A stretch of 64,000 bases of DNA from a virus (IMGVR_UViG_3300014204_000003:1-64000); one strand, 5' to 3'; shown: positions 49,008 to 58,307, counted from the first letter of the stretch. Notes: generated by a model not told the origin, from the sequence alone. Program-made: numbers and translations.

Positions 49008-49859
49008 ATGTTAGATGAAATGAAACATGAAATTATGAAAGGCCTTCGATCCCAAGAACCTGGCAAATCATGGCGTATGGTTGAAAAGCATAATCCGTAT
49101 TCCGGAGAAAGTCTTTTCAATATTGGGAATAACTCCAATGAAGAAATCATTATTGGAGGTAATTGGCGCGGAGATAAGCTGGTAATAGGCGTGGAATGGC
49201 CTACCACTGATGATGGTAAGGTATCGCTTGCACCCAGCAAACCATATGATCACAAGGGCCCATGGTTTTCCATACAGGTCTCAAAAACCAAAAGCCCGGA
49301 TACCATAGCATCGGATATTATCCGCAGACTTATGCCTGATTACCGAAAAGAACTTGCGGAAATATTACAGCGTAAAGAAAACCACAATGCCGAATATGCC
49401 AAACGGGATGATTTGGCCAATCGAATCAAAAATATCCTACCCTCATGTCGGGAATCAAAACCGCAGGATATAACCTCTGATCGCAAATTAGAGGCAGGTC
49501 GCTATAACAGTGAATGGCTTGGATTGTCTAAATGCAATATTCAAATTTCCAGTTATCCGGCTGGGAATGAGAAAAGAACTAGATGGGAGATTGACGTTGA
49601 AGACCATCAGTTATCACTCGAGCTTGCACGGCTGATTCAACGCCATATCGCCGACAAGACATATGAGCACGAAAAAGCAACGAAGCCGGACACACCCGAA
49701 GAAAGGTATCAGGCTAACGTCGATTTTGTCCTGAAAGAATGGGATGAGGAACATATGGGAGAAATGCCCGAGAGTGATAAGGATGCTCTCAGGGTCTTTG
49801 CCGAATATTATAAATCCAAAGGCGTCCCTGTGCCTTATAACGAGGAAGACTATGCCTAA
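49008..49859 (+). CDS. hypothetical protein (start re-assigned)
   Basis: 283 aa from MLDEMKHE..., directly after UTR motif copy 4. Confidence 0.5.
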   Translation: MLDEMKHEIMKGLRSQEPGKSWRMVEKHNPYSGESLFNIGNNSNEEIIIGGNWRGDKLVIGVEWPTTDDGKVSLAPSKPYDHKGPWFSIQVSKTKSPDTIASDIIRRLMPDYRKELAEILQRKENHNAEYAKRDDLANRIKNILPSCRESKPQDITSDRKLEAGRYNSEWLGLSKCNIQISSYPAGNEKRTRWEIDVEDHQLSLELARLIQRHIADKTYEHEKATKPDTPEERYQANVDFVLKEWDEEHMGEMPESDKDALRVFAEYYKSKGVPVPYNEEDYA

Positions 49860-50102
49860 ATACGGACCGCTTGATAGCAGAATGCTTAAAGCCGCTAATA
49901 TTAGAGCTCGCGGCCGAAACGGATACTTCACAATCCAAGATGTTTGCCTGTATCCCCATGAGCATGAATCGATATGCTCTATCGAATTCACAAGCAGAAG
50001 CCCGATGACCCGGCAGGCTCCGATGATTATTAATGGCAAAAACGAAGACCTTAAACAGCTTTTCCAAGCCATCCTTAAACGGCTGATATAGGAGAACCCA
50101 AT

Positions 50103-50495
50103 ATGTTATGTACCAAAACGCAAAAGCAAACACCCCCCGGAAAGGCTCTAAATAATTGTGCAGTGTGCGGTGCAATCATTTGTTTCCATTGCTCTACTAA
50201 CAGCCCTAAAGGGTTAGTATGCATCGATGGCGATTGCAGACAGAAAGCCTTTGAAACGGAGACAACCTTAAAACCGCCGACGCAAGCGGAAATTTGCATT
50301 GCTCATCTTTGGGATGTCCTGTCTGATATCCTCCAAGAACCTCAATCATCGCAAGCCCTGAACGCAAAGCAAAGGGAAATGGTGGAAAAGGCTATAGCTG
50401 AATGTTTCTACCTTAGCAATAGATTCCCTATCCTTCTGGATATAAACCGAATTATCCAAGATCAAAGGAAGGCAATGAATGAGCACTCCTGCTAA
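50103..50495 (+). CDS. hypothetical Cys-rich protein
   Basis: 130-aa ORF containing CAVCGAIICFHCS...CIDGDC. Confidence 0.4.
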   Translation: MLCTKTQKQTPPGKALNNCAVCGAIICFHCSTNSPKGLVCIDGDCRQKAFETETTLKPPTQAEICIAHLWDVLSDILQEPQSSQALNAKQREMVEKAIAECFYLSNRFPILLDINRIIQDQRKAMNEHSC

Positions 50496-51057
50496 AACAC
50501 CCAAGGAATTGGAAGAACAGGGGATGATTATTGGAACATGCGAATGGTGCCACGATGAAAATGTCCCTATCTATAAAGAAACGGATCGTTGCGAAACCTG
50601 CGAAGAGCACTTTATTTATTGCTCAGTCTGTAAAGAAGAGCAATTTGAGGATGATCCATGTAGGCATATCTTCTGGACAGATAGCGGGTGGAGCGGATCA
50701 GGAGGAGAATATTCGGAAACAGAAATACGCGCCTCTTTAATCGCTCTTATCCAACCAATGCCGCAAGGATTCGCGCAGGATCTAAAAGCGGCTATTCAAT
50801 CTGGGAAATTTCGCACGTTTACCATTGGATGCATGTTTGGGAGTGTAAGCATTATCGAACTACATGGCCTCAAATACGCGTCCCAGTATAGCCGTGAATT
50901 AATCGCTCTCGGGAAAAGCGACCTCGCCGAACAATCTTCCGATGGTTGGAACTGGCTTGTATCCCTTGAAGAGGACAAGACGACGGAAGCCAATGCCTTA
51001 ACGATTAAATGGATTGACGAATTCATTTCACAAGGAGAAACCAAGCATGAATCTTAG
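50479..51057 (+). CDS. hypothetical zinc-finger protein
   Basis: CEWCHDENVP...CETCEEHFIYCSVCKEE. Confidence 0.45.
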   Translation: MSTPAKTPKELEEQGMIIGTCEWCHDENVPIYKETDRCETCEEHFIYCSVCKEEQFEDDPCRHIFWTDSGWSGSGGEYSETEIRASLIALIQPMPQGFAQDLKAAIQSGKFRTFTIGCMFGSVSIIELHGLKYASQYSRELIALGKSDLAEQSSDGWNWLVSLEEDKTTEANALTIKWIDEFISQGETKHES

Positions 51058-51877
51058 AGAATGGATGCCCACAAGAATACCGATCAGTCACCAATTGCCA
51101 CCGATGGCCCATGATGGTTGTCTACAAATTCCCGAAGAAACCGAAGCCGGCTGGGAAGCAATGCCTAAGGTTGGCGATATGCAGCCCGTGAAGGCAACGC
51201 GCCCTATGCCGAAATGGCTGAAGGATTACTTCACAGGGAATGAAAAGACCGGCTATACCTGTCGCGCCCCGTGGATGAAATACTTTGAGCCTCTGAAAAC
51301 TCCGGCATGCCCCAAATGCCCGAAGGATAGACAGGTTGCAACCACAATTGCCCGGCTGACCAAGAATATTGTAGCTAATCCGGGCGCCCAAAAGTATATC
51401 GGATCGCGCATACATGATTGGGAATGCATCGGTACTGATGGGTATCGAGCTCTTCTGGTATTGAAGCCTGAAAAGAAAGGCATAGCCGCCAATAAATGGC
51501 CGATAAACGATGTCCCTTCGCTGAATGACCCAGTAATTACTCTCGATGACCCCAATATTTTCTTGGCAATCAAACGGCTTGCTACCCTCATAAGAGAAGA
51601 GAAAGACCAATGGGTTCAATTCGATTGGAATCATGAGACCGAGCAACTGATTTTAACTGCCAGAAATTCCTATAGGGAAGAGGGAGTAGAACGGTTCTCA
51701 TGCTCGGGGACATTTTCCGGCAAGGTTAAGCTTGATCCTCAATTCGTCACTCCGATGCTTGGAACATGGCCCCTAAACCTCTATCACCAAGATAATGATC
51801 CAAAACGGCCCGTTGTTTTTATGCCGAATACCAAAAAGCGGGAGTTCATGTATGTTTTAATGACCGTGAATATCTGA
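51014..51877 (+). CDS. hypothetical protein
   Basis: 287-aa ORF. Confidence 0.45.
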   Translation: MTNSFHKEKPSMNLREWMPTRIPISHQLPPMAHDGCLQIPEETEAGWEAMPKVGDMQPVKATRPMPKWLKDYFTGNEKTGYTCRAPWMKYFEPLKTPACPKCPKDRQVATTIARLTKNIVANPGAQKYIGSRIHDWECIGTDGYRALLVLKPEKKGIAANKWPINDVPSLNDPVITLDDPNIFLAIKRLATLIREEKDQWVQFDWNHETEQLILTARNSYREEGVERFSCSGTFSGKVKLDPQFVTPMLGTWPLNLYHQDNDPKRPVVFMPNTKKREFMYVLMTVNI

Positions 51878-51895
51878 CAATCGAGGTCTTGCCGT

Positions 51896-51910
51896 GTAAA
51901 CCAGGTTTAC
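51896..51910. repeat. GTAAACCAGGTTTAC palindrome variant, copy 5
   Basis: Seen in the sequence. Intergenic, immediately upstream of UTR-motif copy 5. Confidence 0.75.
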
Positions 51911-51921
51911 ATGGCTGGACT

Positions 51922-51952
51922 CCGCTTATCAGCGGGGAAAGAGAGAAGCCTC
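51922..51952 (+). promoter_or_regulatory. conserved 5'-UTR hairpin + RBS motif, copy 5
   Basis: CCGCTtatcAGCGGGGAAAGAGAGAAGCCTC then ATG at 51953. Confidence 0.6.
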
Positions 51953-52306
51953 ATGCCAAGATTTCTTGTACTCAGTTACGACAATGATGCGCAACAGACT
52001 CATTATGATTGGGTTTGTGCCCCTAATGAGGATGCAGCCACAGAGCAAATAGACACCTTGCGTCCTTATGCCCTTACTTCCTGCGCCATTCCTCCGGAAG
52101 AATTAAGAGCTATGGCTGAAAAACTGGAAAAGGCAACCGAAGCGGAAATTCAGGAAGCCCTCTATCTGGTTGCCGAAGAATCTCAATTGCTGGATCCCGA
52201 TGATCCTGCGCTTGCCATTGAAGCCGACGAATCCATTGAAAGTTGGCATCTCATTGGGAATGACCGCTTATGGTTCGGAAAGGTTGGAGGAAAAGAAAAT
52301 GCCTAA
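51953..52306 (+). CDS. hypothetical protein, paralog A (MPRFLVLSYDNDAQQ...)
   Basis: The N-terminus is clearly paralogous to the next gene (MPKFIVISYDKDEEQ...). Confidence 0.5.
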   Translation: MPRFLVLSYDNDAQQTHYDWVCAPNEDAATEQIDTLRPYALTSCAIPPEELRAMAEKLEKATEAEIQEALYLVAEESQLLDPDDPALAIEADESIESWHLIGNDRLWFGKVGGKENA

Positions 52307-52562
52307 ATTCATTGTCATAAGCTACGACAAGGACGAAGAGCAAACTTTCCGAGAGCCTGTCATTGCCAAGAATCATGAGAGCGCACGGAAATTGGTCAAA
52401 TTTGTGCACGGTAAAAATATCACAATTCTAATTATCTTAGACATTGAGGATATTTTGGAATATGCAGGGGTCCTCAGTGAGAGGATAAACCATTTGAATG
52501 GAGATTTATATATTACTCATTCCAATGCGAATGCCAAAAAAGCATTCTGGGCACAATCGTAA
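52299..52562 (+). CDS. hypothetical protein, paralog B
   Basis: MPKFIVISYDKDEEQTF..., a tandem paralog of the preceding gene. Preceded by GGAGGAAAAGAAA. Confidence 0.45.
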   Translation: MPKFIVISYDKDEEQTFREPVIAKNHESARKLVKFVHGKNITILIILDIEDILEYAGVLSERINHLNGDLYITHSNANAKKAFWAQS

Positions 52563-52680
52563 CCACGCAAGGAATGGAGGGATATGAAAGTAAAAACGAG
52601 TGACATGATTATTGCGGCAGTGATCTTATTGGCAGTTGCCGGGAAGCCGGCTTTTGCGCTTATCTCATTTGTCATCCGTA

Positions 52681-53358
52681 TTATGAATCAGGGTCAGGAA
52701 TAAAATCCTCTTCCTCTTCATCGATATCGATCATGCCATCAATAGGGGCGGCTTCTTCGCTGGGAGACGCCTCTATCACAACATCACTTGATTGGGGGAT
52801 TTGATTTTGAGAATTCGCGGCATTCATTTTATCCATAACAGCACGAAGGAGATCTTCAGAGCTCCTGATTCCGGTTTGCTGTCTAGCTTCGCCTCCACCG
52901 ATATTAAGACTTTGCTGATTGACGTTGACTTGAAAAGAACCTGGCTTTTCCGTCATTCCAACAGCTTCTCGGAATTCTTTCAATGTAGCGGTCGGATTTA
53001 TGCCTGCTGCAAGAAACTGTTTAGCTTCAATCGACAGGGATTCTCCCAAAAGGCGCCGGTACTGTTTCCCTTCTGTACGCTGGAGGAGGAGACGATTTCT
53101 GTCATTCTCATGAGCAATAAGAGCTCGGGTAGGATGAAGGCTCTTGATATGCTGGAGGTCACATTCAATATCCGTCAGGTCGCATTCCTCTCCGCTCCTA
53201 TTGAGGAAAACGACGATTTCTTCCTCAGTAAACCCGGAGATGTATTGGTTATAGACCATGACAGCCCTATCGTGAAAGGGATAGTCTTCTACAGCGCTAC
53301 GCTTGAGATTAAAAGGGACATCGCTTTTTACAATAGCCCAGCCGTTTCCCTGTTTCAT
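52681..53358 (-). CDS. hypothetical acidic-tailed protein
   Basis: 225 aa with a strongly acidic C-terminus (IDIDEEEEDFIPDPDS). It is the only minus-strand gene inside the plus module. Confidence 0.4.
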   Translation of the reverse strand: MKQGNGWAIVKSDVPFNLKRSAVEDYPFHDRAVMVYNQYISGFTEEEIVVFLNRSGEECDLTDIECDLQHIKSLHPTRALIAHENDRNRLLLQRTEGKQYRRLLGESLSIEAKQFLAAGINPTATLKEFREAVGMTEKPGSFQVNVNQQSLNIGGGEARQQTGIRSSEDLLRAVMDKMNAANSQNQIPQSSDVVIEASPSEEAAPIDGMIDIDEEEEDFIPDPDS

Positions 53359-53386
53359 GGCTCAATGATACAACAGGGGGTTATCT

Positions 53387-54031
53387 ATGGAAATTAAAAT
53401 CCACAAACCGATGGCTAAACTCAATGTTTTAGTCGCCTGCGAATTTTCCGGAGTTGTCCGGGATGCTTTTAGGGTGAAAGAGCACAATGCTTGGAGTTGT
53501 GATCTTCTCCCATGCGATCCCAGTCCATGGGAGTCCTATCATTTGCAAACCGACGTGCTCTCTGTCCTGAATGGTGCAACCTATCTTGATGGCCCCAAAT
53601 CATGGGATTTAATAATTGCCCATCCTCCCTGCACTCATTTATGCGTATCGGGAGCCCGGTGGTTTGCAACCAAGCAAGTGGAACAGCGGCAAGCAATCTG
53701 GTTTTTTATGGAACTCGCTAACTGCTCCGCTCCAAAACTGTGCATCGAGAATCCGGTGGGAATCATGTCTCGTTTGTGGCGAAAGCCGGATCAGATAATA
53801 CAGCCCTATGAGTATGGACATCCGGAAAGCAAAAAAACCTGCCTTTGGCTTAAAGGTCTGCCAATACTGCGGCCGACCAATATCCTACCCAAGCCTGAAT
53901 GCGGATATTGGAGCAATCAAACCCCAAGTGGCCAAAATAAACTAGGGCCATCTCCGGACCGCGCTAAGAACCGTGCGCGAACATATAAAGGAATTGCCGA
54001 AGCAATGGCAGATCAATGGGGGACTTTATGA
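53387..54031 (+). CDS. putative DNA (cytosine-5) methyltransferase-like protein (short)
   Basis: Motif I-like VACEFSGVV, motif IV-like IIAHPPCTHLCVSG (PC dipeptide) and motif VI-like CIENPVG (ENV). The 214-aa length is unusually short for a C5-MTase. Confidence 0.4.
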   Translation: MEIKIHKPMAKLNVLVACEFSGVVRDAFRVKEHNAWSCDLLPCDPSPWESYHLQTDVLSVLNGATYLDGPKSWDLIIAHPPCTHLCVSGARWFATKQVEQRQAIWFFMELANCSAPKLCIENPVGIMSRLWRKPDQIIQPYEYGHPESKKTCLWLKGLPILRPTNILPKPECGYWSNQTPSGQNKLGPSPDRAKNRARTYKGIAEAMADQWGTL

Positions 54032-54486
54032 CGCGAGTGAATCCAAATATAGTTGCCTTAACAGAATCAGTTGTAGGTGGCGCCCCGTTTAAAATCGGGG
54101 ATGTTGTCAAGCATCCGACTGGAAAGATGGTTAAAATCATCTCCGGACAATATTGGGGGAAATACGGTATTTCCAACTTCTGGTATTGGCGGGAAGTCAA
54201 AGAATCTGGAGGCCTTGGCAAGGAAGAATGCGGATATGGATGGAGGCAATTAGTGAGAGAACCAAAGTTTGTCATGGTTATGCTTGATGGTGAACCAACT
54301 ATTCACGCTACTTCGGTACATGGTAACTACGACGATACCCTTTGTGGAATAGATGCCAATGACAATGTAGGCCATGAAGGCATGTACCCAGCCGCCGAAG
54401 GAGCTAAAATAACGTGCATGGATTGCATCCGCTTGATTAAATATTGCCGAAAATATGGCAACGCCGATTTAAGGAGTGAGAAATGA
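54016..54486 (+). CDS. hypothetical protein
   Basis: 156-aa ORF. Confidence 0.4.
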   Translation: MGDFMTRVNPNIVALTESVVGGAPFKIGDVVKHPTGKMVKIISGQYWGKYGISNFWYWREVKESGGLGKEECGYGWRQLVREPKFVMVMLDGEPTIHATSVHGNYDDTLCGIDANDNVGHEGMYPAAEGAKITCMDCIRLIKYCRKYGNADLRSEK

Positions 54487-55067
54487 GCCATCTTTTTTTA
54501 GATGAATCCAAGATCCATATCCTTTTGGAATCCGCAAAGGGAAATCTCCGGGATTATGCTCTATTGCACATAGCAGCATCAACAGCCCTGCGTTCTTCTG
54601 ACATCCTGAGGATTAAACTGGAGGAGATAGTCAGCCGCGACGGAGACATCATCCATTTACTCAGGCTGAAGATGTTAAAAACCTCTCGGTGGATTGAACG
54701 GCCTCTCAGGGACGATTGCCGGCAAGCTATTTTCACTTGGATAAACAGCCGCAGGGACAAAAATCCATATCTCTTCTGTTCTTTGAGCCCGAATAGCAAA
54801 AATAGCAATTTCCCACTCCAGCGGAAGTCGTATCACGAAATCATGAAGAAATATCTGGGGATGCAATATAGCCCATCCGTGCTGCAAGGATGTTCCACTC
54901 ACACCCTAAGGCGATCGGTGGCAAAGGCTGTCTATAAAAAAACTGGAGAAATTGCGGCAGCCCAAATACTTTTGGGTCATTCCTCTCCGGTTGCGACATC
55001 TCTTTACATAGACCCTTTGGATATAAAAGAAAGAACCAATAAGATTGTGATGGACTTAAACTATTAA
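54483..55067 (+). CDS. tyrosine recombinase/integrase, catalytic domain only
   Basis: The C-terminal HTLRRSVAKAVYKKTGEIAAAQILLGHSSPVATSLYIDP has the integrase H-x-x-R...H...Y signature with the conserved Tyr. There is no N-terminal core-binding domain in this 194-aa ORF. Confidence 0.6.
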   Translation: MSHLFLDESKIHILLESAKGNLRDYALLHIAASTALRSSDILRIKLEEIVSRDGDIIHLLRLKMLKTSRWIERPLRDDCRQAIFTWINSRRDKNPYLFCSLSPNSKNSNFPLQRKSYHEIMKKYLGMQYSPSVLQGCSTHTLRRSVAKAVYKKTGEIAAAQILLGHSSPVATSLYIDPLDIKERTNKIVMDLNY

Positions 55068-55086
55068 GAATCTTATTCTATTTGCG

Positions 55087-55162
55087 GCGGGATACAGTAG
55101 GGGTTACTGGCTTGGCTCATAACCAAGACATAGGCGGAGTTCAAATCTCCGCTCCCGCTCCC
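55087..55162 (+). tRNA. tRNA-Met/fMet/Ile2 (anticodon CAU)
   Basis: Hand fold on the plus strand. Acceptor GCGGGAT/CTCCCGC, D-arm CAGT/AGGGGTT/ACTG, anticodon arm CTTGG-CTCATAA-CCAAG, T-arm CGGAG/TTCAAAT/CTCCG. It lies about 20 nt downstream of the recombinase stop. Confidence 0.6.
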
Positions 55163-55725
55163 AGATTTATACATCTTTCATTGACAGCCAGTTCGATCAT
55201 TGGATACAATCAATTTGCTTGGTTTCTCTCGGGGGGCTTGCCAGATCGGGGCGGGCTCCCCATTCCTTTTTATACCCCAACCAATTCCAGATAGACACGC
55301 AGCGCGTCATGTGCCAATGCCCAAGAACGCGCAGCTTCGGCGCCTTGGTGCCTGAGTATGTTAGTTATTTTTTTCTTTGGGTATGTTTGTGCGTAGTAGC
55401 GGGCAATCTGATTCTTTTTACGTCCGAGATGACGTACTTTTGCCGCGCCTTTTTTGGGTTTATTAAGGTCTCCCATGATTTTAGCTCCTTTTGAGTTTGC
55501 TAAAGTGTCATAAGAGACCTCCCATGGAGAATGCAGAACCTTGTATCGCACGCTTATTCTAATATTTTTATATATCCTGTCAATTATATTTTGTATAATC
55601 CGGTTGTTATCAGTGGTTATGTTTAGAAATTCAAATAACCGACGAATTACCAATAGCTGCATAAAAAAGGGGCCTCAGCTTGTGGTTGAGGCCCCTGAAA
55701 TATTTATACAAGGAGACCCAAGCTC

Positions 55726-56403
55726 ATGACACTCAAAGAACAGTTCGATTCTTATGGACAGTGGAAAACTCAATTTATCATTGAAGGCCAGAAGTATGGA
55801 GGGATGCATAGCTACAAAGGAGACCCGCGAATCCGGGATTTCTTTGCCTGGTGCGATAAACATGAAAGCATTTTGGAACTCGGTTCCTGCGAAGGCGGGC
55901 ATACTGCTTTATTATCCGAAAAAGCTCAATCGGTAATAGGGATTGAAGGTAAAGAGCATTTAATTAAACGCGCTCAATTTGCCATGCAAGCTCTAGGGAT
56001 TTCTAATTGTGAATTCCGTAAAGCCAATTTCGATGAATGCATCAGCATCTCTGGAATTTTGGAATCGCCCGTTGACGCCGTATTTTGCTCCGGGATTCTC
56101 TACCACCTGAAAAGCCCATGGAATCTAATCAAGGAAATTTCCAAAGTTACTGATCGTTTATACCTAGCAACCCATTATGCTACAGAGAAAGACGCCTTTT
56201 GCGTCGGATACTGTGGCAAGTTTATGGAAGATGGCAGTCCCGATGACTGGGCAGGAATTACTCCCTACGCTTTTTGGTTCACGCTCCCATCTCTCATGGA
56301 TTGCCTCGAGGATAATGGCTTCCACGTTGAACACATCATGGATTGGAAAAAATTCGGAACATCTCCCTACCCGATGGCAGGAATGTTTTGCAGGAGGAAA
56401 TAG
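55726..56403 (+). CDS. class I SAM-dependent methyltransferase
   Basis: ILELGSCEGGHTALLS is motif I (ExGxGxG-like). ILYHLKSP is the motif-II/III region. Confidence 0.65.
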   Translation: MTLKEQFDSYGQWKTQFIIEGQKYGGMHSYKGDPRIRDFFAWCDKHESILELGSCEGGHTALLSEKAQSVIGIEGKEHLIKRAQFAMQALGISNCEFRKANFDECISISGILESPVDAVFCSGILYHLKSPWNLIKEISKVTDRLYLATHYATEKDAFCVGYCGKFMEDGSPDDWAGITPYAFWFTLPSLMDCLEDNGFHVEHIMDWKKFGTSPYPMAGMFCRRK

Positions 56404-56406
56404 CCC

Positions 56407-58296
56407 ATGCACGACTCCGTAATGGATTTTTTGAGAAAGAACTGCAAGCGCGAAGAGTTCGAAGGGAAAAGGGTTCTCGAGATCGGAAGCATCTTCTGGG
56501 ATGTGAGTCCTCGAGATGTCATCATGCCCTTCAATCCTGGACTATATATCGGGATTGATGAACGCCCGGGCAAAGGAGTGGATACGGTAATGTCCGGCTG
56601 CAAGTTATCCAATCGATTTGAACCTGGCTGGATTGACGCGATCATTTGCACAGAAGTTCTCGAGCATGCAAAAGACTGGCGCCGTTTGATTGGGGAGATT
56701 AAACATGTCTTGGCTCCCGGAGGAGTCCTGTATCTGACTTGCCGCGGTGGGAATTATCCATATCACGAGGAACCTCACGATTATTGGAGGTTTTCTGTGG
56801 AAAATATGGAGAGGATCCTCAGCGACATGCTATTCACTGTCACGCCGGACCCTCAATTCCCCGGAGTATTCGCCAAAGCCTTTAAGCTTTCCTCCTCAGA
56901 TGGAGTTCCGGAAGCACATATTTCCTCGGTATATCCCAAGCCGGTATTCCCGCCGACTCATCACCTTTCCCATCAGGGACCTCCGAAAGACCAGTCTATA
57001 AAGTTCACGGTCATAACTCCGACGATCCTCAGGCCGTCATTAAAAACCGCCTGCCGGCGCCTTGAGACACAGACATACAAAAACTGGGAGCACATTGTCA
57101 TGATTGACACTCCCGGCGCCGAGATACCCGACTGGCTATATCATCCCCAAAGGAAAGTCCGGGTTTGCCGAACTCCTCACAATAACGTAGGAAATAGTTG
57201 CCGGTGTAATGCTTGGCCGCTCATAACCGGAGATTACATCCTCTATCTGGATGACGACAACTATTATCACAGCCGCAGTCTGGCTCTCCTTGCAGAAGCT
57301 ATTATGAGAATGGAACCTCGTCCAGAGTGGGGTGTATTCCCAATGGTGCGGCTGGGGCAGGTATTCTTTAATATCTCGCCCGGTAAAAACAGGACCGATA
57401 CCGGTCAATTCTTTCACAAACCTATCATTCACGGGAAAGAAATCAGATACCTGCCATTAAGTGAATACAACGCAGACGGCGAAATGGTCGACAGGCTTTC
57501 CCTGATATGCAAACCAGCTATTATTAATCCGGATATCCCTCTAATAAACATGCCCGTGAGGAGCTTCGGATTAAGAGCTGATGACTTCTCAGCGACAAAT
57601 GAAAGTAACTTTTCGGTTATTATCCCTAATCGGTTCGAGGATGTAATTCAACCTCTCATTCATTCGATCCGGATTCATGAACCTGAGCCTTTGCCAAATA
57701 TCCTGATTGTCGGTGATGGTCATGACCGTGACTATGGATTCTCCAACCTGAGACTGGATTATGAGCGGTTTATATTCTCCAGAAACGCAAATGCAGGAAT
57801 CAAATATGTGGATCCGGATGACGTTATTCTGGTAAACGATGACATCCGCCTCATAATGCCTACCTTCCAGGTTCTTCACCGAGTTATGAGCGAGAATCCC
57901 GATATCGGGATATTGACTCCTTTGGTCGACGGAGGAGTAGGCAATCCCAAACAGATCGCGGAAAATGCACTGACAGGAAAAACCTTCCCTCCTGATTTAA
58001 CCTATTCCGCTTGCACAAAAGACGACTACCTGACCTTCCCTATCGTATGCCTCAGACGAAAGCTCCTCGAGGAGATGCTTTTCAATGAAGATTTTGTGTC
58101 CTACGGGAGAGATGATGCTGACTTCTGTATCCGGGCCGGTCGTTTAGGATGGAAAGCGGCAGTGTGTAACCGGGTCGTGTGCCAGCATGGCATTGGAGGC
58201 CGGGAAAACCTTCGCGGGAAGAACTGGAATACCTCCTACATGAGACGGCAGGAACTTTTGGGCGGAGAAGATATTTTCACAAAGCTTCACGTGTAA
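56407..58296 (+). CDS. multidomain methyltransferase + family-2 glycosyltransferase fusion
   Basis: N-terminal SAM-MTase fold (VLEIGSIFWD...LAPGGVLYLT). Central GT-A module FTVITPTILRPS...LYLDDDNYY with a DxD motif. A second GT-A-like module (SVIIPNRFED...VNDDIRL). Confidence 0.6.
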   Translation: MHDSVMDFLRKNCKREEFEGKRVLEIGSIFWDVSPRDVIMPFNPGLYIGIDERPGKGVDTVMSGCKLSNRFEPGWIDAIICTEVLEHAKDWRRLIGEIKHVLAPGGVLYLTCRGGNYPYHEEPHDYWRFSVENMERILSDMLFTVTPDPQFPGVFAKAFKLSSSDGVPEAHISSVYPKPVFPPTHHLSHQGPPKDQSIKFTVITPTILRPSLKTACRRLETQTYKNWEHIVMIDTPGAEIPDWLYHPQRKVRVCRTPHNNVGNSCRCNAWPLITGDYILYLDDDNYYHSRSLALLAEAIMRMEPRPEWGVFPMVRLGQVFFNISPGKNRTDTGQFFHKPIIHGKEIRYLPLSEYNADGEMVDRLSLICKPAIINPDIPLINMPVRSFGLRADDFSATNESNFSVIIPNRFEDVIQPLIHSIRIHEPEPLPNILIVGDGHDRDYGFSNLRLDYERFIFSRNANAGIKYVDPDDVILVNDDIRLIMPTFQVLHRVMSENPDIGILTPLVDGGVGNPKQIAENALTGKTFPPDLTYSACTKDDYLTFPIVCLRRKLLEEMLFNEDFVSYGRDDADFCIRAGRLGWKAAVCNRVVCQHGIGGRENLRGKNWNTSYMRRQELLGGEDIFTKLHV

Positions 58297-58307
58297 ACCG
58301 GGTTTAC
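58293..58307. repeat. GTAAACCGGGTTTAC palindrome, copy 6 (contains the GT-gene stop codon)
   Basis: Seen in the sequence. The TAA stop of 56407..58296 lies inside the palindrome. Confidence 0.8.
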
